DNA of 64,000 nucleotides, from positions 36,661 through 100,660 of the forward strand of contig JAUSJG010000004.1 in assembly GCA_030647555.1 (NCBI GenBank), in the 5' to 3' direction. Made by a program: the position numbers and the translations under genes. This stretch comes from a bacterium (GTDB lineage: Bacteria > Patescibacteriota > Andersenbacteria > UBA10190 > CAIZMI01). How positions within the stretch are numbered: position 1 is the stretch's first letter; every line of letters starts with the position of its first letter. Under the pieces are notes generated by a model that saw nothing but the letters and a program-made list of their open reading frames with translations, had not been told where the DNA came from and searched no databases. Of this stretch, positions 1 to 10,270 are shown piece after piece.

Positions 1-51
1 TATACTGGCTAAAATTTGGAACCGGCGTTAAAATGTTGTTGACACAAATAA

Positions 52-606
52 ATGATAGACATTTCAAATATTCCAAAAAAGCTGGTATATAGTATTTCTT
101 CGATTGCTGTTGTGGGCATCCTTTTTGGTGCCTATTTTGCCACCAGGGGCAATATCCAGCCAATTGGCGATATACCAGTCGCGACGGTTAAACCCAATGG
201 CGAGAATAATACTTTTGGCAGTACGTTTAGTAATTTTATTCTTGGAAGATCGGCAGATGGCTCGGCAATAGGCAGTAAAACACCGCTTGTAAGGGCCACA
301 AAATTTAGTGCCGGAGAGAAAGTTGGGCTTAGAGTTCAAACCAGCAGTGAGGTAGTTGTCGCGTTTCCCATTGAATTGAGATTTTTAAGGCAAGATTCTA
401 GTGAGGAGACTCCATCGCTTCAACCATTTCGCCAAAAATTTTCGATTAAACCGGGTTTAAGAAGCTATTGTTGTCTCACTATCCCAAAAGAAGCCGGAAA
501 CTTTAGTATTGGTATTTTGAGAAATAATTCATTTGTTGGTTCGATTGCAAATATTGTTGTTGTACCTGCCAAAGTAGATGAGGGTGGATCAATTTTTGGT
601 TTGTAA
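52..606 (+). CDS. hypothetical membrane-anchored protein
   Basis: 184-aa ORF with an N-terminal hydrophobic segment (SISSIAVVGILFGAYFA); no recognisable motif. Confidence 0.4.
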   Translation: MIDISNIPKKLVYSISSIAVVGILFGAYFATRGNIQPIGDIPVATVKPNGENNTFGSTFSNFILGRSADGSAIGSKTPLVRATKFSAGEKVGLRVQTSSEVVVAFPIELRFLRQDSSEETPSLQPFRQKFSIKPGLRSYCCLTIPKEAGNFSIGILRNNSFVGSIANIVVVPAKVDEGGSIFGL

Positions 607-609
607 AAA

Positions 610-1599
610 TTATTTACGGACGAAGTCTAAATCTAATCCTGAAATCAAAATTTCACGGTGACCGAGAATATAATCGCGTGCCGGCATTTTATTTTTATTT
701 TGTGGCTGTACGGTAATAATATCTAGCGCACTATTTTCGCCACAGCACACTGATAAAACACCGGTTGTATTAATAAAAGTATCGCCAGGAATTCTTCCTG
801 ATGTATCTGCGGAAGATAAACGCGCTTCGTGAATTTTTAGAAGTGAATGATTAGATTTTAACGTTGTCCAGGCAATTGGCCAGGGTTGAAAAGCACGGAC
901 TTGTCGTTCGATCTTCTGTGCTGTTTGAGACCAATTTATTTGACCATCATTCTTTGAAAGTTTTTTACAAACGCTAATGCCTTCATGTAATTGGGGAACA
1001 GGCTTAATTTCTCCGACAATGAGCCGTGTGAGTGTTTTGACTAACAAAACACCACCGATATTGGAGAGTTTTTCGCTAAGGGTGCCTGCTGTGTCGCTTG
1101 GTGCAATCTTGACTTCTTCCTGACTAAGAATAGGGCCGGTATCCATCCCGGCATCCATTTGCATAATACTTACGCCAGTAATTATTTCATCCGATAAAAT
1201 GGCGGCCTGAATGGGGGATGCACCGCGATACTTTGGGAGCAGTGATCCATGGACGTTGATTGATCCGAATTTTGGTAAGTTGAGCAGGGTTTTAGGTAAT
1301 ATTTTTCCATATGCAACGACAATAAAAATATCGGGATGTATCGCCGATAATTTATTAAAAAATTCGGTATCGTTAAGATTTTCCGGTTGCAAGGTTGAAA
1401 TTTTATTTTCATTCGCCCATTTTCCAATGACGTTCCGAGAGATTTTTTTTCCTCTTCCAAACGGCTTATCCGGCTGAGTTACAACAGCGACGATATTAAA
1501 TGGCGTATCGTAAAGGCAAATGAGCGAGGGGAGCGAAAATTCCGCGGAACCAAAAAAAACTACACGGATTTTCGTATTGTTTTCTTTATTCATTGCCAA
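610..1599 (-). CDS. fmt: methionyl-tRNA formyltransferase
   Basis: N-terminal formyltransferase fold (VVFFGSAEFSLPSL, HGSLLPKYRGASPIQAAIL) plus C-terminal Fmt domain; sits next to def as expected. Confidence 0.9.
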   Translation of the reverse strand: MAMNKENNTKIRVVFFGSAEFSLPSLICLYDTPFNIVAVVTQPDKPFGRGKKISRNVIGKWANENKISTLQPENLNDTEFFNKLSAIHPDIFIVVAYGKILPKTLLNLPKFGSINVHGSLLPKYRGASPIQAAILSDEIITGVSIMQMDAGMDTGPILSQEEVKIAPSDTAGTLSEKLSNIGGVLLVKTLTRLIVGEIKPVPQLHEGISVCKKLSKNDGQINWSQTAQKIERQVRAFQPWPIAWTTLKSNHSLLKIHEARLSSADTSGRIPGDTFINTTGVLSVCCGENSALDIITVQPQNKNKMPARDYILGHREILISGLDLDFVRK

Positions 1600-1602
1600 G
1601 CC

Positions 1603-2103
1603 CTAGAAGAGAATTCTATTCTCTTGATAGTTCGAGATTAAGATTCCGTTTGTGTGATCAATCTCGTGTTGAAATATTTTTGCCAACATATCCTTTGCTT
1701 TAATTTCGATAGTTTCTCCTTTTTCGTTCATGCCGGTGATAATAATTTTTTTTGGTCTGGAAATTTTAACAAAGTAGTCCGGAACTGAAAGGCAACCTTC
1801 CTCGAGGGCGGAAGTTCCGTTTGATGACCATTTAATTTCCGGGTTAATTATGGCGTATGGCTCTTTTTCGAAATTGATAACTATGACCCGAAGTGAAGCA
1901 CCAATTTGCGGGGCCGCCAAACCGATCCCATTGGATGCAATGACCGTATCTTTCATATCTGCTATTAAACCCTCTATTTCCGAGCTTAAGGGGCGTGAAA
2001 CCATTTTGCCTGGTGCAGAAAGGATCTTGTTAGGAGCGTGGAGAATTGATCTTATTGACATACTTATTCCTGTACATTGTAATTCAAGCCCGATTTTTCG
2101 CAA
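1603..2103 (-). CDS. def: peptide deformylase
   Basis: Conserved motifs GIGLAAPQIG, EGCLSVPD and QHEIDHTNG; def-fmt arrangement. Confidence 0.9.
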   Translation of the reverse strand: MRKIGLELQCTGISMSIRSILHAPNKILSAPGKMVSRPLSSEIEGLIADMKDTVIASNGIGLAAPQIGASLRVIVINFEKEPYAIINPEIKWSSNGTSALEEGCLSVPDYFVKISRPKKIIITGMNEKGETIEIKAKDMLAKIFQHEIDHTNGILISNYQENRILF

Positions 2104-2188
2104 TAGGTTAGTGGTTTTATTGGACGAAGTCTGAAATTTTGCTTTTATTCTAGTGCGTAACTATGATTGAGATTGTGATCAAATACGC

Positions 2189-3301
2189 ATGAAAATTCTA
2201 ATTGTAGCGCCATATTTTTATCCCGCGTATGTATACGGGGGACCAATTGACGTTGAATATCAGACCGGCAAGGCTTGGGTGGAACAAAACCAAACAGTAA
2301 CGGTTGTATCCACAAATGCGAACGGTAAAAAAGATATGGAGTTAAATAACGAATTTCCGGTTTATGTCGCGGGAATGTCAGTATATTATTGCAAAAGGTC
2401 GTGTTTGTCGGCGGTGTCATGGCGGATGCTGGTTGTTCTTTTCCAGCAAATTAAAAAAACCGATATTGTTGCACTTCATTTTGTGTATTCATTTCCAACC
2501 ATTCCGACAATAATTTTATGTAAAGTATTTAAAAAAGAATTATTATGGCGTCCGCATGGGGCACTACAACGGTGGTCGGGAACAAAAAAACAATGGCTAA
2601 AAAATATATGGAACGAAATTTGTAAAATATTGCTTCCGGAGAGTACGCATATTTTATTTACTTCAATGGCAGAATGGGAAGAATGTAAAAAAATATTTCC
2701 GAACTCAAAACCACTCATTGTGCCAAATGGCGTTGTTGTTCCATTGGCGGAACCTGTCAAAATATTTTCAAAAAAGATTCGTCTTCTGTTTCTGGGTAGG
2801 ATTGATCGGATAAAAGGATTAGAAAACTTATTGATGGCCATAAGAATGATTGATCAAGAAAAGTTTACGTTGGACATCTGCGGCGACGGTGCAAGCTCGT
2901 ATATCAATGAAATAAAACAAAAAATCGAGGAATATCATATTAGTGATCGGGTGTTTATGCGTGGGGAGGTTTCTCGTGAAAACCTTGCACAAACATTTGC
3001 GAAGGCAGATTTTTTAGTAGTTCCTTCGCATACGGAAAATTTTGGTCAGGTTGTTGTTGAGGCCCTGGCTCACGCGGTGCCGGTGATCGCCTCAAAGGGG
3101 TCGCCATGGGAAAAAATGGAAGAAATTGGTTGTGGTTTGTGGGTCGAAAACGATCCAAAAAGTTTGGCCGCCGCAATCATAAAAATGAGCAAATTACAAA
3201 TTTTGGAGATGGGAAGACGCGGTAGAACTTGGATGCAGAAAGATTTTGATTGGTCGCAAAATGCAAAAAAAATATTGCCAGTTCTGGAAACCCGTAACTA
3301 A
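2189..3301 (+). CDS. glycosyltransferase, GT-B fold (GT1/GT4-like)
   Basis: Starts MKILIVAPYFYP..YGGP; C-terminal motif EnFGqvvvEAlAhavPVIAS typical of GT4. Confidence 0.8.
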   Translation: MKILIVAPYFYPAYVYGGPIDVEYQTGKAWVEQNQTVTVVSTNANGKKDMELNNEFPVYVAGMSVYYCKRSCLSAVSWRMLVVLFQQIKKTDIVALHFVYSFPTIPTIILCKVFKKELLWRPHGALQRWSGTKKQWLKNIWNEICKILLPESTHILFTSMAEWEECKKIFPNSKPLIVPNGVVVPLAEPVKIFSKKIRLLFLGRIDRIKGLENLLMAIRMIDQEKFTLDICGDGASSYINEIKQKIEEYHISDRVFMRGEVSRENLAQTFAKADFLVVPSHTENFGQVVVEALAHAVPVIASKGSPWEKMEEIGCGLWVENDPKSLAAAIIKMSKLQILEMGRRGRTWMQKDFDWSQNAKKILPVLETRN

Positions 3302-5097
3302 TTTAATTTAATGATATCATTCAAGGAAAGAGGGGCATCTATCGACCACGAACTTGGCACGTACTTTATTGATTCACGTATTATTTGGTGTTGACCTCGA
3401 AAAATAATTTGACCTACAAATTTTGTGCGTCTTTTATAGATCAGAGTATTAATTTTTGTACTTATACAATTTAAACTAATTTTAGCTTTTATTTTAAGTA
3501 TTTCTTTTTGAGCAAGGATTTCGGAGGTGAATTCTTTTTCACATGTCATCAATAGCGCGTATGGTGGGAACCAAAGTTCTTTTCGGTCGCGTAAATCATT
3601 CTTTATTAATTCATCAATCTTATTATTTTTAATATAGTTAATTATTCCTGAAGAGCCATTTGAGTCTTCGATATAAATTAATTTTTCAGTTGAGTTTTTA
3701 ATTAGTCCATATAATCTTTTTAGGGTGATCAGTGTTTCCTCAAGCGCACTAAAGCTTGTGGAATTTACGATGGAGGTAAAATCGGGAATTATGCAATAAT
3801 CAAAAATTTTTGAGTCGATTGTGGAAAAAATCTTTTGTGTCGCGATTACTATATTTGCGTCTACTAAAGATTGCGTCGGGGTGTTAATTTGTTTTGTATC
3901 TCGATCAATTCTTAAAATATTCAATTGAGGAAATTCTCGTTTGAGTGATTGTTCAACAGAGTGTGTCCCATGTTTAAGGGCATTCAATTTTGGGCTGCCA
4001 CACTTGTTGCAAAACGCGCGAAGCGAACCTTTGATGGATTTACATGTTTTGCAAAACAAGTCTCGTGTTTGTCTTTGAAGAATGGTCCCACACTGTTCGC
4101 AACGAAGCGTGTTTCCGCAATCCCTACATACATACAAACTCTCATAACCTATTGCGTTGTGGTATATGAGGATTTTTTTCCCCTGGTTAATATTCAGGCG
4201 AATTAAATTAATCGTTTCCTTTGAAATGAAACTCGACTCATCCCAATTTTTATTAAGAACGATGATATTTTTTAAACCCAAGGACCCAACTTTCATTTTT
4301 CGAGAAGAATAAAGGTCAAAAGAGGGGAGTATAGAAATATGGATTAGGGGAATTTTTTGTAATTTAGATTTTAGGTAGGCGCCAATTCGCGCGTCATAAT
4401 GTGGATGCATATTCCATTGACGGTGAGACGATAGTGCCGGTTCAAGTAAAATAATAGTTACGAGATTTGAAAAAGGAAGGAATATGCCGCTATGAGTAGC
4501 GACGATAACGCATGATTCATTTTTTGTTATTGCTGAAATAGTTTCTGTTTTTTCTTTTTGTGATAATTGGGTGTTGTAGAATAAACAAATTCGCCTATTA
4601 GTTTTACAAACCTCAAGAACCTTATTTCCCATAATAATTTCAGGGATTAAAACCAGTACTTGTCCTGATGGGGCTTCTTTGATGGATTTATCGAGCTCGT
4701 TTTCCTTAAACTTGAATTTTATGGAACCGCGCTTCTTTGGTGAAGTTTGTTTTGGAAAACATAATTCGGTTGAGAATTTTCTATTTAAAACTAGCGTCTT
4801 CGTCACTAGTGACAGCGACTCAAAAGAGGCACAGGAAAACTTTTCCAGCCACTCAATGTCTTTGAGTGTGACAACTTGTTGTTTTTCAACTCCAATTATT
4901 GTTTTTAGATTTGAATAACTGCTTTTAGATTGACGCCAAACTACTCCTTCGATGATACGATTTGCAAAAGGAATTTTTACTAATGTGCCGGGAAAAACAA
5001 AAATATTTTCTGGTACAAGATATGAAAATTTCTGATTACCTTGCGGTGGAAGCGTAACGAGAGGTACAACTTCTACAATTTGGTTAGAAGTGTTCAT
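3298..5097 (-). CDS. priA: primosomal protein N' (PriA helicase)
   Basis: Superfamily-2 helicase motifs plus the double Cys4 zinc-finger insertion (CRDCGNTLRCEQCG ... CKTCKS ... CNKCGS). The ORF runs to 5226, but a start at the internal Met MNTSNQIV (~5097) removes the overlap with the upstream gene. Confidence 0.8.
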   Translation of the reverse strand: MNTSNQIVEVVPLVTLPPQGNQKFSYLVPENIFVFPGTLVKIPFANRIIEGVVWRQSKSSYSNLKTIIGVEKQQVVTLKDIEWLEKFSCASFESLSLVTKTLVLNRKFSTELCFPKQTSPKKRGSIKFKFKENELDKSIKEAPSGQVLVLIPEIIMGNKVLEVCKTNRRICLFYNTQLSQKEKTETISAITKNESCVIVATHSGIFLPFSNLVTIILLEPALSSHRQWNMHPHYDARIGAYLKSKLQKIPLIHISILPSFDLYSSRKMKVGSLGLKNIIVLNKNWDESSFISKETINLIRLNINQGKKILIYHNAIGYESLYVCRDCGNTLRCEQCGTILQRQTRDLFCKTCKSIKGSLRAFCNKCGSPKLNALKHGTHSVEQSLKREFPQLNILRIDRDTKQINTPTQSLVDANIVIATQKIFSTIDSKIFDYCIIPDFTSIVNSTSFSALEETLITLKRLYGLIKNSTEKLIYIEDSNGSSGIINYIKNNKIDELIKNDLRDRKELWFPPYALLMTCEKEFTSEILAQKEILKIKAKISLNCISTKINTLIYKRRTKFVGQIIFRGQHQIIRESIKYVPSSWSIDAPLSLNDIIKLN

Positions 5098-5599
5098 TGA
5101 TTTTTTCCGTTCCAAAATGATAAAGGCGCAAGTCGGTGATACCGCGATCAATTCCATTCGCACTGCACGTCTCGGCAAGACGTTGTTCCGGTTTTTTATA
5201 TATCGAAGCCGGTAGGGAATAAGCAATTTTGCTCGTTTCCGTTCTTATTAGTAAACCATTTTCTTGTTTTAACTCACTAATATGAGACAGTAGGTGTGGC
5301 GTTTTAATCATCAATAATTCGTAAGTTAAAAATGGTAGATCGTTTTTTCTAAAGGCATACGTTTTTGCCAGGGAAATTGTGTGTGCTTGAATTTCTTCAC
5401 AAATGGTAGATTTAGAAGGAAAAATGGATCCGACTCGTCCCCTCGGTGTTAGCCCAATTCGTTCAAAGACGGCTATAAATATACCATTCTTTGCCCTTGA
5501 GAGCTCGGGCGGTAATTCATAAGGAATTCGGTAAAGCCCTTGCTTCAAGATGTAGTATTCAAAAGTTTTTCGAACAATTTCTATCGACAATTCTCGCAT
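5084..5599 (-). CDS. AMMECR1-domain protein
   Basis: AMMECR1-like motif block GIFIAVFERIGLTPRGRVGSI; 171 aa. Confidence 0.55.
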   Translation of the reverse strand: MRELSIEIVRKTFEYYILKQGLYRIPYELPPELSRAKNGIFIAVFERIGLTPRGRVGSIFPSKSTICEEIQAHTISLAKTYAFRKNDLPFLTYELLMIKTPHLLSHISELKQENGLLIRTETSKIAYSLPASIYKKPEQRLAETCSANGIDRGITDLRLYHFGTEKINEHF

Positions 5600-5657
5600 A
5601 TCTTAATCTTAACACCCTTAGATTGGGGATAAAAGCAATTTTGTCTATAATGAATAG

Positions 5658-6512
5658 GTGAATATTCATGAGAAATTGATTAACGTGTTTGGTGTACCTG
5701 TCGTTTTGGCGAGAAAACAAGATGTAGTTTTATGGTGCAAGAAAAGAATTACGGCAAACATTAAAACCAGAGTTGTTACTGCTAATCCAGAAATATTATT
5801 ACAGGCTCGTAGCGATGCTTGGTATCATACGGTGGTTCGAACAGCGGACCTTGTTACTCCGGATGGTGCCGGAGTTTGCTGGGCAGCAGTTTTTTGGGGG
5901 TTGGCCGATCAATCGCGCGACGTTTTTGATATTATTAAATTATTCGTGAGTACGTTGTGGGAAGTAGTTTTTGGTAATAAGAACAGTGGATATTTTCCTG
6001 AACGGGTTTCAGGCTCTGACTTGCTTTGGGATATTGCAAAATTGGCCGAACAATTAAATAAAAAAGTATATTTAATTGGCGGGGAAAATGGGACCGCACA
6101 ACGGGCAGCGATGCGTATAAAAGGTGAATGTCAAAACCTAAATATTCAAGCGTTTGGTTTAAATCATGTCGCTACGCCATATTCAGTCTATTCATTGCAC
6201 AATGAAATTGAAAATTTTCAACCGGATATTATCTTTGTGGCGTATGGATCGCCAAAACAAGAGGAGTGGATTAATCAAAATATGCATCGGTATTCCTCGA
6301 TAGGGCTGGCAATGGGCGTTGGTGGAGCATTAGACTTTATTGCCGGTAATACGGTCCGTGCGCCATTGCGTTTGCAAAATCATGCGTTAGAATGGTTTTG
6401 GCGGTTATATCAACGGCCTTCAAGATTTATTCGGGTATTTCGAGCAATTATTGTGTTTCCGGTAATAATTCTTATTTCACAACTTAAAAAGTTTTATGCA
6501 AGAAAAATCTGA
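5658..6512 (+). CDS. WecB/TagA/CpsF-family glycosyltransferase (GT26)
   Basis: Family-typical blocks DGAGVCWAA, IGGENGTAQRAAMRIK and FVAYGSPKQEEWI. Confidence 0.8.
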   Translation: MNIHEKLINVFGVPVVLARKQDVVLWCKKRITANIKTRVVTANPEILLQARSDAWYHTVVRTADLVTPDGAGVCWAAVFWGLADQSRDVFDIIKLFVSTLWEVVFGNKNSGYFPERVSGSDLLWDIAKLAEQLNKKVYLIGGENGTAQRAAMRIKGECQNLNIQAFGLNHVATPYSVYSLHNEIENFQPDIIFVAYGSPKQEEWINQNMHRYSSIGLAMGVGGALDFIAGNTVRAPLRLQNHALEWFWRLYQRPSRFIRVFRAIIVFPVIILISQLKKFYARKI

Positions 6513-7986
6513 AAATAAACCAAAGGTTCGAGTTCGGTTTCCGCCGTCACCGACAGGATTCTTACACGTGGGAAGCGCAAGAACGGCTTTGTATAATTTT
6601 CTATTTGCCAAATCAAATAATGGCCAACTGATTCTTCGTATTGAAGATACAGACGAAGCGCGTAATAATGCGGACGGGGAGGCGGATATTTTTGAAAGTT
6701 TAAAATGGCTGGGAATTAGTTGGGATGAGGGGCCGGACATTGGAGGACCGTCTAAATCATATAAACAATCCGAGCGCGCGGAGATTTATGAATTGGCCGT
6801 CAAAAAATTACTTAGTACGGGTAAGGCCTATCGTTGTTTTTGTTCACAAGAGCGTCTTGATAAATTAAGGGATGAATGTGAAGCGGTGAAGATGCCTTTT
6901 AAATATGATAATAAATGTAGAGGTATTTCATTGGAGGAAAGTGAAAAGAAGGGTAAGGTCGATAATTTTGTAGTTAGATTAAAAATTAACGAAGGAGAAG
7001 AAGTTATTATTAATGATCTTGTTCGTGGAAAAGTCAGGTTTGCGCCGGGGGCGGTTGATGATTTTGTTCTTTCAAAGGGCACAAATAAAGCTCTCTATCA
7101 CTTAGCGGTTGTCGTTGATGATTATGAGATGAAAATAACTCATATTATTCGAGGTGAAGATGGCCTTAGTAATACGCCAAAACATGTGTTTTTACAGCGC
7201 GCACTTGGATATCAGACACCGATATACGCGCACTTACCGCTATTGCTTGATGAACAAAAGAAAAAACTTTCAAAACGCTCGGGGGATGTTTCCTTATTTG
7301 TAAAAACATTAAGAGAAGAAGAGGGTTATTTGCCGGAAGCAATTATTAACGGGCTGGCGTTGTTGGGGTGGAATTCGAAAACCGAACAAGATTTGTTTAC
7401 ACTAGAAGAGTTGAAAAATGTGTTTAAGTTGGAAAATGTACAAAAGGCCGGGGCTGTTTTTTCACTAGACCGATTGAATTGGTTGAATAAACAACATATC
7501 AGGAAACTCTCTGTCGAAGTTTTAAGGGAAAGAGTAAAACCATTCATGGATAAGGTTGGCGTTAAAGTGGCGGATGATTACTTAATGAGGTTGATCCAAA
7601 TTGAAAGAGAAAGAATTACACTATTAAAGGAAGTTCCCGGGTTGGTTTTGGACACAATAAGTAATCCTGTTTTGGATAGTGAGAAGATTGCGTGGAAAAA
7701 AGATGATAAAAATATAGCAAAAGATGCTTTAGAGTTTTTATTGGATAAAATGGGGCAATTATCCGCAGAAACGTGGTCGGATTTTGAGATGTTACAGTCA
7801 AGTATTATGAAGATTGTCGATAAATCGGAAAAAGGAAGAGCGACAATGCTTTGGCCGATGCGTTACGCACTTTCAGGGAAAGAGAAGAGTGCCGGCCCCC
7901 AGGAATTGGCCTGGTTGCTTGGAAAAGACGAGACTATTAAGCGAATGCGCGAAGCTGTTGTACAGTTAGGGCCTGGTAATAAATAA
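6496..7986 (+). CDS. gltX: glutamyl-tRNA synthetase
   Basis: Class I aaRS: RFPPSPTGFLHVGSARTALYNF (HIGH region) and KLSKRSGD (KMSKS). Confidence 0.9.
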   Translation: MQEKSENKPKVRVRFPPSPTGFLHVGSARTALYNFLFAKSNNGQLILRIEDTDEARNNADGEADIFESLKWLGISWDEGPDIGGPSKSYKQSERAEIYELAVKKLLSTGKAYRCFCSQERLDKLRDECEAVKMPFKYDNKCRGISLEESEKKGKVDNFVVRLKINEGEEVIINDLVRGKVRFAPGAVDDFVLSKGTNKALYHLAVVVDDYEMKITHIIRGEDGLSNTPKHVFLQRALGYQTPIYAHLPLLLDEQKKKLSKRSGDVSLFVKTLREEEGYLPEAIINGLALLGWNSKTEQDLFTLEELKNVFKLENVQKAGAVFSLDRLNWLNKQHIRKLSVEVLRERVKPFMDKVGVKVADDYLMRLIQIERERITLLKEVPGLVLDTISNPVLDSEKIAWKKDDKNIAKDALEFLLDKMGQLSAETWSDFEMLQSSIMKIVDKSEKGRATMLWPMRYALSGKEKSAGPQELAWLLGKDETIKRMREAVVQLGPGNK

Positions 7987-8124
7987 ACACCCCCATCTTA
8001 TGTCCACTCCATCTCTGACTACAACCACTTCTCAATCAAAAATCTTTCAACGTACATTTAGTACGTCTCAAGATTTTGTTCAATCAAAGTGGCTGTATTC
8101 AGAGCGTATTGAACAGAATATGGA

Positions 8125-9366
8125 GTGTTTATTTATTACCAAGCCCTTAGGTTAATGGACAATATCAAAATAATAAAAACAATCGGAATCTTGATTATGG
8201 GTTTTGTTTGTTTTGGAATTCCTATCGTCACCCATGCCGATGTTTTGGAAGATCTGCGTCAGCAGATGACGGCCAAAAGAAAAGTAATTGATGAGATAGA
8301 ACAAAAAATTAACGCGTTTAAGTCATCAATCGCGGAGCAACAATTACAAGCAGTTACTTTGTCCGGACAGATTCATGTTATTGATAATGGTGTTAAGAGT
8401 TTAACACTGGAGATCGATAAAACAAATGCGCAAATCTCGGAATTGCAAACCGAAAGTGAAGCGTTAAAAGAGGAAATGCAAGCAGTTGACGCGCAAATTA
8501 AAAATCAAAAAGAGGTGCTACGGGAGTATCTTCGGACTTTGCAAAACCTAGATACAATTAGCAGTGTGCAGGCATTTTTCAAATATGCCACTTTGTCTGA
8601 CGCCATAAACGAAATTCGTTCTGTATATCGGGCGGAACAAAATAGTCAAATAACGCTCGATCGAATTCGTGAATTACAGCAAACACTGAAATCGCGCGAA
8701 GTAACTTTTAAAGATTTCAAAAGAGAACTTGATGGTCTTCAAGCAAGACAAGTAAGTCAAAAAAATATTTTGGGTCAACAGCAAGAAGCAAAAAGTAGAC
8801 TTTTAGTATTAACTCGTGCTCAGGAATTTGAGTATAATAAATTATTGTCTCAATCCATGGCGGCTCAAAAAAGACAAGATGCCGAGATTACGCGTTTAGA
8901 CGCGGCGATTCGTCTGGAGCTGGAAAAACAAGGATATCGCAAGCTTTCCGGTGTCGGTAAATTGGATTGGCCCATAGATCCAATTTTTGGTGTTTCATGC
9001 GGGTTTCATTGTTCCGGGTACCCTTACGCATCAGTAATTGGCGCACACACCGGAACCGATCTGCCGATTGATGTGGGGACACCCATCAAAGCATCCGCGG
9101 ACGGCTATGTTGGAAAAGTGAACATTTCAGCCGGATCCGGTTATTCATACATTTTGCTGATTCATGGTGATAATATATCAACGATTTATGGACACGTTAT
9201 TAATGCCAGCGTTAATGAAGGTTCGTATGTAACCAGAGGGCAGGTTATAGGGCATACGGGTGGTGCTCCTGGCGCGCGTGGTTCCGGACTTTCAACGGGC
9301 CCTCATTTACATTTCGAGGTAAGAAAGAATGGAATTCCGGTTGATGCACAAAATTATTTGCCGTAA
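8125..9366 (+). CDS. M23-family peptidase with N-terminal coiled coil (EnvC-like)
   Basis: Signal peptide or TM segment, then a long coiled-coil region; C-terminal LytM/M23 motifs (HTGTDLP ... GPHLHFEVRKNG). Confidence 0.8.
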   Translation: MFIYYQALRLMDNIKIIKTIGILIMGFVCFGIPIVTHADVLEDLRQQMTAKRKVIDEIEQKINAFKSSIAEQQLQAVTLSGQIHVIDNGVKSLTLEIDKTNAQISELQTESEALKEEMQAVDAQIKNQKEVLREYLRTLQNLDTISSVQAFFKYATLSDAINEIRSVYRAEQNSQITLDRIRELQQTLKSREVTFKDFKRELDGLQARQVSQKNILGQQQEAKSRLLVLTRAQEFEYNKLLSQSMAAQKRQDAEITRLDAAIRLELEKQGYRKLSGVGKLDWPIDPIFGVSCGFHCSGYPYASVIGAHTGTDLPIDVGTPIKASADGYVGKVNISAGSGYSYILLIHGDNISTIYGHVINASVNEGSYVTRGQVIGHTGGAPGARGSGLSTGPHLHFEVRKNGIPVDAQNYLP

Positions 9367-10270
9367 TTTGGTAACTGATATGTATAAGCCAAAATTTGTA
9401 GTAATTATTCCAACATACTTGAGGGTGGAAGCGTTGGGGTGCTGTCTTGAAGCTTTGGAAAAGCAAACAATATTACCGGATGAAATAATTATTGTTCGAC
9501 GTGAAAGTGATATTGAAACAAAAGATTTTTTAAATCAATACAATAAAAAAAGGGGTGCGCTAAACACGACTGTCTTTTGTGTGATTGAAGCGGGATTTTT
9601 ACCGCCAATTAAGGAGGGTCTAAAAATGGCGAAGGGCGACTACGTGGGTATTTTGGATGATGATGTTTTAGTTGGTTCTAATTGGGTGGAGACGGGATTG
9701 TTAACCTTTAAAAAAAATGGGCCCTGTCTTGGGGCTATTAATGGGGCATCAATAGGTCAAGACAAGAGCGGAACCGTATTTCCGGCAAGACTTTTTTGGT
9801 TTGGCCGTTTTGCGGTTATAAAAAATAAGTCCATAAGTACTAAAAAAATAAATGGACCAAATGAGGGAAACATGATTATTCGTGGCGAGGTGAGCACGGA
9901 ATTGGATGTCGACATGCGTTTGAATTCCGGTCGGATAGCGCACCATGGTTTGGATTTTGGTTTGCAATTAATTATGCGAGGGTGGGAAATTCAGTATGAG
10001 CCACAACTAAATGCGTATCATCTTGCATTACGAGCACAAAGCGATGTTGACAATCCCCTAAATGTCAGCACCTTTATTCATAATTTAACGCATATAATTA
10101 ATAAGCACTACGGAAAAATTAAATTATTTGTATTTGTGTTTTACAACTTAGTGGTTGGTCAACATGATATGCCCGGCCTGTTGTATGGTTTTTTTAGACA
10201 TGTAACGCCTTCAAAACGTGTTTCCGTTGCGCGACGTGCCTTAATTTTGGAATTATTTCAACGCATATGA
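9329..10270 (+). CDS. glycosyltransferase family 2
   Basis: KFVVIIPTYLRVEALGCCLEALEKQT and a DDD-containing GT-A core; probable start at MYKPKF (~9392). Confidence 0.7.
   Translation: MEFRLMHKIICRNLVTDMYKPKFVVIIPTYLRVEALGCCLEALEKQTILPDEIIIVRRESDIETKDFLNQYNKKRGALNTTVFCVIEAGFLPPIKEGLKMAKGDYVGILDDDVLVGSNWVETGLLTFKKNGPCLGAINGASIGQDKSGTVFPARLFWFGRFAVIKNKSISTKKINGPNEGNMIIRGEVSTELDVDMRLNSGRIAHHGLDFGLQLIMRGWEIQYEPQLNAYHLALRAQSDVDNPLNVSTFIHNLTHIINKHYGKIKLFVFVFYNLVVGQHDMPGLLYGFFRHVTPSKRVSVARRALILELFQRI

Noticed and set aside
5084-5226. Apparent 143-bp overlap between priA and the AMMECR1 gene
   Set aside because: The overlap is resolved by using the internal Met (MNTSNQIV) as the priA start. It is not a frameshift or a fusion.
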